This document shows, piece after piece, positions 33,585 through 44,131 of a stretch of DNA of 64,000 nucleotides. Every line of letters starts with the position of its first letter. Position 1 is the stretch's first letter. The DNA comes from Macrostomum lignano (lineage: Eukaryota), in the NCBI GenBank assembly GCA_002269645.1, contig NIVC01000136.1, forward strand, positions 1-64,000. The letters are read 5' to 3'. Under the pieces are notes generated by a model. It worked only from the letters and a program-made list of their open reading frames with translations, did no database searches and had not been told where the DNA came from. The position numbers were made by a program, and so were the translations under genes.

Positions 33585-34856
33585 TTTTTTCCTGCTGAAA
33601 ACTCAGCTGATCAAGGAGACGAAAGCGGCGAAATCCGAGATTGCATACCGGTACGCGTTCCATCACCTCAAGCAGGACGACGGCGAAGACGTTTCTGCCT
33701 ACGCAAGAAGGCTGCGACTGGGTTCGGAGAACTGCGGCTTTTCAACCGCCGAACTGAATGACCGCCTGCGGGACCAATTTATCTTCGGATTGTCGAACAA
33801 GGAGATCGTCAGAAAGTTGCTCACGGAGAAACTGAAAGATCTGACGTGGGAAAAAGTAACTACGGTGGCCAATGCATGCGAGGCCGTAAGTCGCGGCGAG
33901 AGACAAATCTCAGGAGGCGAAATTCTACATGTTAAGTCAGATCCTCCTTCGACATCGAAAGCCCAGAAGCCAGCGTACCAGAAAAGCGACCAGAAGAACG
34001 GCCAATTGCGCCAAGTCAAGTGCTTCTGCTGCGGCAAGGAAGGACATACAAAGGACCAGTGCCACCACCGGACTAAGACATGCCTTCAGTGTGGTAAGGT
34101 TGGTCATCTCAAAGCAGTTTGCAGGTGCGGACCGAACAAAGGTGGACAACGGCCTTCAACGAGCAACAAATGGTCACAAGGAGGCGGACGGCATCCAAGG
34201 AGCAGAGTCAGAGCAATCGACGATGCAGCTGATCAAGTCGGGCACATTTTCTCGATGATGACGCCGGAAGATGGTCGTGGAAGCAGAAGGATAACGCGAC
34301 ATGTAGTAGTCAATGGTACGAAAATCAAGATGCTACTGGACACCGGGTCGTGCTCAACGTTCGTGTCAAGCTCGGTGTTTCAAAGCCTACTCGAACCAGC
34401 AAATGTAAGGCCCACAAGCAGACGATTCGCTGCGTATCAAGGGGATCCAGTGCTAGTGAAAGGCGAAGCTATTGTGAACGCCAAGCTAAACTCAGTAAGT
34501 TCCGACCTAACTCTGTTTGTGGTGGACAACCCAAAAGCCGAATCTATCTATGGCCTAGATTGGATTGCTGCCCTTGAGCCAGACCTCTACAATTTTATTA
34601 CAAAATGTACGGTGCCTGAGGAAGACGGCTCGAATCCTACAACGGCATGCTCTGTAAAAAGATTTTCTGTATCATTGGCCATTGAGGCGGGAGCAAAGCC
34701 CATCTTTTTTAAACCTCGGCAAATTCCATACGGGATTCAGGACGATGTCAAGGCCGAGTTGAAGAGAATGGAAGAGGCTGGACAGCTCCAGAAGGTGGAA
34801 TACAGCGAGTTTTCTCTACGTTGGACCTATCAAATGCGTACCTCCAAGTACCGGTG
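33577..34856 (+). pseudogene. gag (N-terminally truncated) - aspartic protease - start of RT
   Basis: CFCCGKEGHTKDQC and CLQCGKVGHLKAVC knuckles; MLLDTGS protease; PIFFKPRQIPY...VEYSE RT start. An internal deletion then jumps to FSTLDLSNAYLQV in another frame (34812). Confidence 0.88.
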
Positions 34857-36046
34857 TGTGATAAATAGGCAATTAGATAATAGCATGCACGGTAAGCAAT
34901 TATTTAGGCCCTAGACAAACCTACTTGGAGCGTTTGGAGATTTTAAAGCTATTAATCCTAATCGCCTATCGCCGGTCGGCGAGTCCTACCAGTCTTTCTC
35001 CAATAGCCGCAGGTACAGTACAAGAAAATAAAGAACACGAGGGAACACAAACCGAAAGATTTAGAGAGTGATAATCCTATATGATACAACTGATAATTGG
35101 CTAGACGATTTAATTCGGTTATTCAGGTTACAGGATTCAAGCAAATTCGCGGCGCAGATAATTAGACTGATGATAACGAATAGTAACGATTAATAATAAT
35201 GATTATATTACGCACTGACAAGTGGATCTCAGCTGAAGAAGAAGAAAGAGAAGGCACCGAACACAGGACCACGGAGAAAGACTCCTAACCCCTGGCCTAA
35301 GCCAGAACCTACACTCAAACGAGAGCCCTGCCGAATCGACCGTTCAACGGAGTACCGACTAAATTCTATCGGCACTGCCCTTCAGTGTAACACTGAGGCC
35401 CTCGGGGTCGAGGCCGCGTACTTGATCAGATCCGACAGTCTCTATCTAACCGCGCTTGATAGCGACGACTTCAGACAGGAATTTGCCGTAGACGTTACGC
35501 CACAAGACTACCGCGGTTGGGCGGGAACAAAAATATGGACCGGGGTGACGAATTCAGGCGCCTCAAAGCGCGAACCAACAAGAGGAGGAAAAATCGGGCC
35601 ACCGGCCGGGAACTGGACAAGACAAAACCGGGGAAAGGGAGCAGGCGAGATCCGATTGCCAAAACACACTTTCATATATAGTCAGAGTCACAACCCCTCA
35701 AAACCCCCTCAAGCGGGGTGGTGGTCGTCTGGCCGGCCGCCTGCTTAAGCCGAATTGCACTGTGCCCGCGGCGCCGGGTAGAATTGAAACTTGCCGCGTG
35801 CCAGGGTCCAGGCCGGTTCTGATTGGCTGGCCGCGCAAAGCTAGGGTTCGCAGACAAACTCAACCCTCCGCTGAGTCACAAACGGCGTCTAACTCTAACC
35901 TGTTTACGCAAAATTGATTCTAACTAACAAGGAAAAAGTACACCAAAAACGTATGACTAACTAAAGCAAAATAACAATTCAATAACAATATAGAAACTAA
36001 TGCAGTCAATTTACAACAAAATACACGCAAAGATGCTCACACTACA
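34857..36046 (-). mobile_element. Nested 1190-bp insertion, probable solo LTR of another LTR element
   Basis: TGT...ACA termini with 4-bp TSD GGTG (34853-34856 / 36047-36050). Removing it restores RT as LQVP-V-DEDSS. Orientation is inferred from CCAAT (35821-35826) and TATA-like (35671-35680) motifs on -. Confidence 0.8.
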
Positions 36047-36050
36047 GGTG

Positions 36051-38210
36051 GATGAAGACAGCAGCGTGATGCTGACGTGGAGCACTCCGTTCGGCTTATA
36101 CAGGCCCACTGCGTTGGCATATGGAGTAAAGCAAGCACCAGCAATTTTTCAGTCATTCATGGACAGGTTGCTTCTAAACATAGAAGGTGTCATTTCCTAC
36201 CAAGATGACATTCTTGTGTGGGGTTTCAACCAACAGAGTCATGACAACAGACTGTCCAATGTGCTTCGAATTTTAAAGGAGAGTGGACTGAGCATTAACG
36301 AGGAGAAATGCACTTTTAACAAGCCATCTATCATGTTCCTGGGATATGAGATCAGTGAAAACGGCATTCGTCCACCACCAAAGAAAGCCAAGGAGATTGC
36401 AGGATTAGAAGAGCCAAAGAATCTCAAGCAGCTGCAGTCATTTATCGGGATGGTCGATTTCTACGGACGGTGTATCAAGAATCTCGCAAGCCTGAAAGAA
36501 CCTCTAACGAAACTGACCAGGTCAGGAACGAAGTGGGCATGGGGCCCAATCGAGCAGAGAGCCTTTCAGAGCATCAAGGACGAACTACACAATGCAGTCG
36601 CTCTCAAGCCTTTTGATCCATCAGATAAGATCGTTCTCACTACTGACGCGTCACCATCGGGACTTGGTGCAGTCCTCGAGCAGTCGTCTGGGCCCGTAAT
36701 ATTCATTTCAAAGACTCTAACTCAAGCAGAGCGCAACTATGCTCAAATTGAACGCGAGGCCCTCGCCATTGTATGGGCTGTGAAGCGCTTACACAAGTAT
36801 TTGCTGGGACACAAGTTCGTCATTCGCACAGACCACCAACCGTTAAAGTTCATCTTTGATCCTGGCAGATCCTTGTCAACTGTTGCTGCAGCGAGAGTGC
36901 AACGCTGGGCAATCACTTTGATGAGCTACGAATACGCCATTGAGTGCAAGAGATCTGCTGAGATTCCCGTGGCCGATGCCCTGTCAAGACTGCAGAACAG
37001 CACGTCTGAAGGGGAGCAGTTTGACATTAGCTCAGTGCAGGACTGCCTACTAGATTTTCCAATCAACAAGGAGCGTTTGAGAAGACAATCGAAAGAGGAT
37101 TCAGAGTTCCGGAAGTTATTCGCTCAAGTCAAGTTAGGCTGGAATGCAGAAGGACTTCGAGAACTACAACAGTTTAGCCGATTCAGGGACGAGTTAGTCA
37201 TTGAGAATGGATTGTTGTACAGAGGTATTCGGCTGGTTGTACCAAAGCAGGAGCGTTCTGCAACTTTGCGATTGCTGCACGAAGGACACATCGGACCAGA
37301 AAAGATGAAATCCATAGCTAGACAATGCGTCTGGTGGCCTGAAGTAGATCGAGACATCGAAAAGTATGCGAAAGGATGTAGTTCGTGCCAGGAAAACAAG
37401 GATCATGGGGCCACCCGACAATGGACTTCGTGGCCGGATGAGACCGAATGCTGGTCAAGAGTTCACATGGACTACGCAGGGTCTATGAAGGGAGGAAACT
37501 ACATGTTGGTACTGATTGATGCGTTCAGTAAATGGGCTGAAGTTCACGTGACTAAGGGAACCACTTCATCTGAGACAATCAAGCGACTGCGAAGAACGTT
37601 CGCCCAAGAAGGCGTGCCCGTGACTATTGTTTCCGACAATGGACCTCAATTTGTATCGAAAGAAATGCAAGGTTGGTTAAAAGGAATCAACTGCCGACAT
37701 GTTCTCACACCACCGTATCATCCAAGGTCAAATGGACTGGCCGAGCGCTTTGTGAGAGATTTAAAAAATCACGTCCGAGCCGCTGAAGAAGACGACCTTC
37801 AGAGTTGCGTCGACCGGTTTCTGCTTCAATACCGGAACGCGAAACATTCTACGACCGGAAAATCGCCCTCTGAGCTGATGAGAGGTCACCTACTTCGCAC
37901 CCCTGCATTTTCTCTGGCACGTGAGCCAGTCTGGGTGAAAACCTACAACAACGAGATGACAAAGTGGAAGTCTGGCGAAGTGGTGGCAACAGCGGGAAAG
38001 GTTGTGGTCGACGTTGAGCTGGAGGACGGAAGGCGTGGACGCTACCATCGTGAACAGACAAAGCCAAGGAGTTCCGGTTCCGATGACCTGGTGGAGACGC
38101 AGACTGAAGAACATGTGCACACGGATCAAGAGTCTGGTCTTCGGAGAAGTAATCGCCATCGGCAAGTACCAAGGCGACTTGAGTACCGCAAGCTTGGTGT
38201 ACCTACCTAG
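36051..38210 (+). CDS. pol remainder: RT (YQDD) - RNase H - integrase
   Basis: STPFGLY, YQDDILV, TDASPSGLGAVL, NYAQIEREALA, TDHQPL, HHCC zinc finger (LHEGH...CSSC), HMDYAG, SDNGPQF, SNGLAERF. Uninterrupted to the stop codon. Confidence 0.95.
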   Translation, partial: DEDSSVMLTWSTPFGLYRPTALAYGVKQAPAIFQSFMDRLLLNIEGVISYQDDILVWGFNQQSHDNRLSNVLRILKESGLSINEEKCTFNKPSIMFLGYEISENGIRPPPKKAKEIAGLEEPKNLKQLQSFIGMVDFYGRCIKNLASLKEPLTKLTRSGTKWAWGPIEQRAFQSIKDELHNAVALKPFDPSDKIVLTTDASPSGLGAVLEQSSGPVIFISKTLTQAERNYAQIEREALAIVWAVKRLHKYLLGHKFVIRTDHQPLKFIFDPGRSLSTVAAARVQRWAITLMSYEYAIECKRSAEIPVADALSRLQNSTSEGEQFDISSVQDCLLDFPINKERLRRQSKEDSEFRKLFAQVKLGWNAEGLRELQQFSRFRDELVIENGLLYRGIRLVVPKQERSATLRLLHEGHIGPEKMKSIARQCVWWPEVDRDIEKYAKGCSSCQENKDHGATRQWTSWPDETECWSRVHMDYAGSMKGGNYMLVLIDAFSKWAEVHVTKGTTSSETIKRLRRTFAQEGVPVTIVSDNGPQFVSKEMQGWLKGINCRHVLTPPYHPRSNGLAERFVRDLKNHVRAAEEDDLQSCVDRFLLQYRNAKHSTTGKSPSELMRGHLLRTPAFSLAREPVWVKTYNNEMTKWKSGEVVATAGKVVVDVELEDGRRGRYHREQTKPRSSGSDDLVETQTEEHVHTDQESGLRRSNRHRQVPRRLEYRKLGVPT

Positions 38211-38231
38211 CTGTTAACTAATGGGAAGGAG

Positions 38232-38447
38232 TGTTAGCACTGTGATGAACTTTTATTTATTAGAGAATGTACTTTGCTTAGTAGCCGTCAACGGCTGAGA
38301 ATTCTATTGATGTCTATGGACATTTGTACAGTTCAATTCGGTGGCTTAAAGAGTTGCCAAAATATAATTGAAAAGACCAAGCGTCTGCAGAGTTAAGCTA
38401 AAGGCTGAGACTCGATCAATTTTCTTACTCGTTCCAAAAAACGAACA
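38232..38447 (+). repeat. 3' LTR (216 bp)
   Basis: Matches the 5' LTR; preceded by the PPT and followed by TSD TAATT. Confidence 0.96.
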
Positions 38448-38789
38448 TAATTGACCGCCAAAATCTATCACTGACACCCTGCAACATATTCAGCTTCACT
38501 TCCATGCTGTACCCGGCACGACGTCGCGAAGCTCCGTGATCTGCAGCTGCTTGTCAAATAGACAGCCGAATATTAAATTGTAGATAACGCCTGTTGCTTG
38601 AGCGAAGCATCCCATCATGACACCCATCATATCGTCCTTGCAGATACAAGCCCAACTGCTGCAGCAGATAGGCATATTCTTTGAGACAACTACCTGCACC
38701 AAAATTCGTCTGCAGATCTGCAGTCTGCGAAGGGACGGACGCTTTATTCACAAACACACCAATGCATGTTCAAAATTGAACTGATTTGT

Positions 38790-39300
38790 ATCCATACTTA
38801 ACGCTCTCCTCAGCTTGAAAGGCTGTACACCGAGTTTAACTGCCGCTCCAGCGTAGCCGTCAGCGTCCAAGTCTCGGTGTAGGACGGTTTCGACCACCGC
38901 CTGCCACATCACTGAGCCTTCTGGCGGTCGGGCAGCGCTTCGGACTGGAGGACGGCTCGGATCGAACGGAAAGCTGCCCAGGCAAGTCCTCTGCGCCGCC
39001 GGACGTCCTTTCTAATCGTGGGGCACCACACCGCCGAGGTAGGTAACCGCTGGCAGCGTGCGAGCTTGATCGTTTGCCCGTCTGCTCCGCGGCAAGTCAG
39101 GTCCGCTGGGATGTCGGCCGGCAAGAACATTCAGCACCTCAATCTTCAGGGTGATGAAAACCAGACCGACGCTCGATGCCACCTCGACCAGCCTGCCGAT
39201 TTGCTGCTGAGCGTCTTCAACGGACGAGGACAGGAGGGCGAGGTCGTCGGCGTAGCCAAACACGTTCGGAGCGCTTTTCGCCGTGGTGGCGACTGATGCG
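38790..39300 (-). pseudogene. Degenerate non-LTR retrotransposon (LINE, RTE-like) RT C-terminal fragment
   Basis: FGYADDLALLS...VGLV, YLGG, RRRRGLAWAAF, ETWTLT spread across frameshifts. Confidence 0.8.
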
Positions 39301-39856
39301 TCTGCGCAAATAAAGCAAGCTAGAAAACTAAAAGGGAATTAAGAGAGTAGAAAATGAGATAAAATTGCAAAATTGGCCCGTTTACAGTGGGTTTGTGCAG
39401 ATGAGCAAAAGTGGAAGGGACAGCTAGCGGTCCCATGTACTGGAAGGGTACGTATCCAGCGGTTGGACCCGACATTTAGTCCAGGTGGAGCAATCAGATG
39501 GAAGGGAGGCCAACCCGAAGCAAAATAAATTCACGCTTTACGGGTCCTCAGTTAATGTAGGCCCTGAATAAAGAGCCATTGACCTGCGAGTTTTTGTCAT
39601 TTTGTAATTCATAAATTATTTATGATTCATTGTTTATATCTCATCTCCGCCCTCTTAGAAACACCGCGGCTTCGGCGGCAAGGGGTCACTATAGGGGAGC
39701 AAACAAACACTTAGCATCAAATTTACTCCTACTAAACATTGATTGATTTCGATTTTAAACCGCACGCTTCACGGGTCCCCGAGTAAGTGTAGTGGCCCTT
39801 AAAAGGGATGTTTGAAGGATTTCCCCGTTGCTTCTTCAAGCGAGTTTTTCAAAAGG

Positions 39857-42800
39857 TTCATGTTGAGAAGGCTTCATGTTGAGAAGGATTCATGTTGAGA
39901 AGGTTTCATGTTGAGAAGGATTCACATTGAGAAGGCTTCATGTTGAGAAGGTTTCATGTTGAGAAGGCTTCATGTTGAGAAGGATTCATGTTGAGAAGGT
40001 TTCATGTTGAGAAGGATTCACATTGAGAAGGCTTCATGTTGAGAAGGTTTCATGTTGAGAAGGATTCACATTGAGAAGGCTTCATGTTGAGAAGGATTCA
40101 CATTGAGAAGGTTTCATGTTGAGAAGGCTTCATGTTGAGAAGGATTCATGTTGAGAAGGTTTCATGTTGAGAAGGATTCACATTGAGAAGGCTTCATGTT
40201 GAGAAGGTTTCATGTTGAGAAGGATTCACATTGAGAAGGCTTCATGTTGAGAAGGATTCACATTGAGAAGGTTTCATGTTGAGAAGGCTTCATGTTGAGA
40301 AGGTTTCATGTTGAGAAGGCTTCATGTTGAGAAGGATTCACATTGAGAAGGCTTCATGTTGAGAAGGTTTCATGTTGAGAAGGATTCATGTTGAGAAGGA
40401 TTCATGTTGAGAAGGATTCACATTGAGAAGGCTTCATGTTGAGAAGGTTTCATGTTGAGAAGGCTTCATGTTGAGAAGGATTCACATTGAGAAGGCTTCA
40501 TGTTGAGAAGGTTTCATGTTGAGAAGGATTCATGTTGAGAAGGATTCATGTTGAGAAGGATTCACATTGAGAAGGCTTCATGTTGAGAAGGTTTCATGTT
40601 GAGAAGGTTTCATGTTGAGAAGGATTCATGTTGAGAAGGATTCATGTTGAGAAGGATTCACATTGAGAAGGCTTCATGTTGAGAAGGTTTCATGTTGAGA
40701 AGGTTTCATGTTGAGAAGGTTTCATGTTGAGAAGGTTTCATGTTGAGAAGGATTCATGTTGAGAAGGATTCACATTGAGAAGGCTTCATGTTGAGAAAGT
40801 TTCATGTTGAGAAGGCTTCATGTTGAGAAGGTTTCATGTTGAGAAGGCTTCATCTTGGGAAGGTTTCATCTTGAGAAGGTTTCATGTTGAGAAGGTTTCA
40901 TCTTGAGAAGGTTTCATGTTGAGAAGGTTTCATGTTGAGAAGGTTTCATGTTGAGAAGGCTTCATCTTGGGAAGGTTTCATCTTGAGAAGGTTTCATGTT
41001 GAGAAGGCTTCATCTTGGGAAGGTTTCATGTTGAGAAGGTTTCATGTTGAGAAGATTTCATGTTGAGAAGGTTTCATGTTGAGAAGGTTTCATGTTGAGA
41101 AGGTTTCATGTTGAGAAGGCTTCATGTTGAGAAGGATTCACATTGAGAAGGTTTCATGTTGAGAAGGCTTCATGTTGAGAAGGTTTCATGTTGAGAAGGC
41201 TTCATGTTGAGAAGGATTCACATTGAGAAGGTTTCATGTTGAGAAGGCTTCATGTTGAGAAGGTTTCATGTTGAGAAGGCTTCATGTTGAGAAGGATTCA
41301 CATTGAGAAGGCTTCATGTTGAGAAGGTTTCATGTTGAGAAGGATTCATGTTGAGAAGGATTCATGTTGAGAAGGATTCACATTGAGAAGGCTTCATGTT
41401 GAGAAGGTTTCATGTTGAGAAGGTTTCATGTTGAGAAGGATTCATGTTGAGAAGGATTCATGTTGAGAAGGATTCACATTGAGAAGGCTTCATGTTGAGA
41501 AGGTTTCATGTTGAGAAGGTTTCATGTTGAGAAGGTTTCATGTTGAGAAGGTTTCATGTTGAGAAGGATTCATGTTGAGAAGGATTCACATTGAGAAGGT
41601 TTCATGTTGAGAAGGCTTCATGTTGAGAAGGATTCACATTGAGAAGGCTTCATGTTGAGAAGGATTCACATTGAGAAGGTTTCATGTTGAGAAGGCTTCA
41701 TGTTGAGAAGGTTTCATGTTGAGAAGGCTTCATGTTGAGAAGGATTCACATTGAGAAGGCTTCATGTTGAGAAGGTTTCATGTTGAGAAGGATTCATGTT
41801 GAGAAGGATTCATGTTGAGAAGGATTCACATTGAGAAGGCTTCATGTTGAGAAGGTTTCATGTTGAGAAGGTTTCATGTTGAGAAGGATTCATGTTGAGA
41901 AGGATTCATGTTGAGAAGGATTCACATTGAGAAGGCTTCATGTTGAGAAGGTTTCATGTTGAGAAGGTTTCATGTTGAGAAGGTTTCATGTTGAGAAGGT
42001 TTCATGTTGAGAAGGATTCATGTTGAGAAGGATTCACATTGAGAAGGCTTCATGTTGAGAAAGTTTCATGTTGAGAAGGCTTCATGTTGAGAAGGTTTCA
42101 TGTTGAGAAGGCTTCATCTTGGGAAGGTTTCATCTTGAGAAGGTTTCATGTTGAGAAGGTTTCATCTTGAGAAGGTTTCATGTTGAGAAGGTTTCATGTT
42201 GAGAAGGTTTCATGTTGAGAAGGCTTCATCTTGGGAAGGTTTCATCTTGAGAAGGTTTCATGTTGAGAAGGCTTCATCTTGGGAAGGTTTCATGTTGAGA
42301 AGGTTTCATGTTGAGAAGATTTCATGTTGAGAAGGTTTCATGTTGAGAAGGTTTCATGTTGAGAAGGTTTCATGTTGAGAAGGCTTCATGTTGAGAAGGA
42401 TTCACATTGAGAAGGTTTCATGTTGAGAAGGCTTCATGTTGAGAAGGTTTCATGTTGAGAAGGCTTCATGTTGAGAAGGATTCACATTGAGAAGGTTTCA
42501 TGTTGAGAAGGCTTCATGTTGAGAAGGTTTCATGTTGAGAAGGCTTCATGTTGAGAAGGATTCACATTGAGAAGGCTTCATGTTGAGAAGGTTTCATGTT
42601 GAGAAGGATTCATGTTGAGAAGGATTCATGTTGAGAAGGATTCACATTGAGAAGGCTTCATGTTGAGAAGGTTTCATGTTGAGAAGGTTTCATGTTGAGA
42701 AGGATTCATGTTGAGAAGGATTCATGTTGAGAAGGATTCACATTGAGAAGGCTTCATGTTGAGAAGGTTTCATGTTGAGAAGGTTTCATGTTGAGAAGGT

Positions 42801-43616
42801 TTCATGTTGAGAAGGTTTCATGTTGAGAAGGATTCATGTTGAGAAGGATTCACATTGAGAAGGCTTCATGTTGAGAAAGTTTCATGTTGAGAAGGCTTCA
42901 TGTTGAGAAGGTTTCATGTTGAGAAGGCTTCATCTTGGGAAGGTTTCATCTTGAGAAGGTTTCATGTTGAGAAGGTTTCATCTTGAGAAGGTTTCATGTT
43001 GAGAAGGTTTCATGTTGAGAAGGTTTCATGTTGAGAAGGCTTCATCTTGGGAAGGTTTCATCTTGAGAAGGTTTCATGTTGAGAAGGCTTCATCTTGGGA
43101 AGGTTTCATGTTGAGAAGGTTTCATGTTGAGAAGATTTCATGTTGAGAAGGTTTCATGTTGAGAAGGTTTCATGTTGAGAAGATTTCATGTTGAGAAGGT
43201 TTCATGTTGAGAAGGTTTCATGTTGAGAAGATTTCATGTTGAGAAGGTTTCATGTTGAGAAGGTTTCATCTTGAGAAGGTTTCATGTTGAGAAGGCTTCA
43301 TCTTGGGAAGGTTTCATGTTGAGAAGGGTTCATCTTGAGAAGGTTTCATGTTGAGAAGGGTTCATCTTGAGAAGGTTTCATGTTGAGAAGGCTTCATCTT
43401 GAGAAGGTTTCATGTTGAGAAGGGTTCATCTTGAGAAGGTTTCATGTTGAGAAGGTTTCATGTTGAGAAGGTTTCATGTTGAGAAGGGTTCATATTGAGA
43501 AGGTTTCATGTTGAGAAGGTTTCATGTTGAGAAGGTTTCATGTTGAGAAGGTTTCATGTTGAGAAGGTTTCATGTTGAGAAGGTTTCATGTTGAGAAGGT
43601 TCATCTTGAGAAGGTT
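39857..43616 (+). repeat. 16-bp satellite (GAGAAGG[T/C/A]TTCATGTT), ~3.76 kb, ~235 monomers
   Basis: Continuous tandem array with a few recurring variant monomers (CACA, CATC, TTGG, GAAAG). Confidence 0.97.
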
Positions 43617-44131
43617 TGATCTGTGTTGCGAGGATCTTGAATCAACTCCCATGAACTGAATGGCATGGCTGAATTCGAGTGCGAACTGCTTCAGAGAGGC
43701 CGTGACTCTGGCTTGCTGTCACAGCTATTATCACAATACCTGGCATAAAAAGCCGCTCCAACTGCTGTAGGTTGACATTGGTTGATACTGGTCTTGCCAA
43801 GGCAGAGTGCAAAGAGTATAATTGAATTTCAGTAATAATATTCTTAATTGAACCATTTGTTTAGTATTTTTGATATAGCATTAGAATTTTCGAAGTCGAT
43901 TCTTCTAAGACAATTTAATACTGATAGTAGTACGCTCGTACTTGAGACGCATTGCAGAGCTATATGCAGTCAGCAGATGCACAAATAAAATCAGTGGTAA
44001 ATTTTCTTGTCCTCAATTTGATTCAAATTGTTTTATCTAACCATTAAGTTGGAAAATATGGGAAGCTACTCGGACGAGCTTAATAGAGAAAATGAAATGT
44101 AACGCAAGTGATAAATTAAAATTCTGATTAA

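Larger units (their letters stand above)
33349..38447 (+). mobile_element. Ty3/Gypsy LTR retrotransposon (Mag-like), defective
   Basis: Two 216-bp TG...CA LTRs, 5-bp TSD TAATT (33344-33348 / 38448-38452), PBS, PPT GGGAAGGAG (38223-38231), domain order gag-PR-RT-RH-IN, two CCHC knuckles. Confidence 0.96.

Noticed and set aside
36000-36050. ATG at 36000 as the true pol start
   Set aside because: These codons lie inside the nested insertion; RT homology resumes at 36051.
39857-43616. Heat-shock-element or STAT-site array in the 16-bp satellite
   Set aside because: GAA and TTC are 3 nt apart in GAA..TTC order, matching neither nGAAnnTTCn nor TTCnnnGAA.
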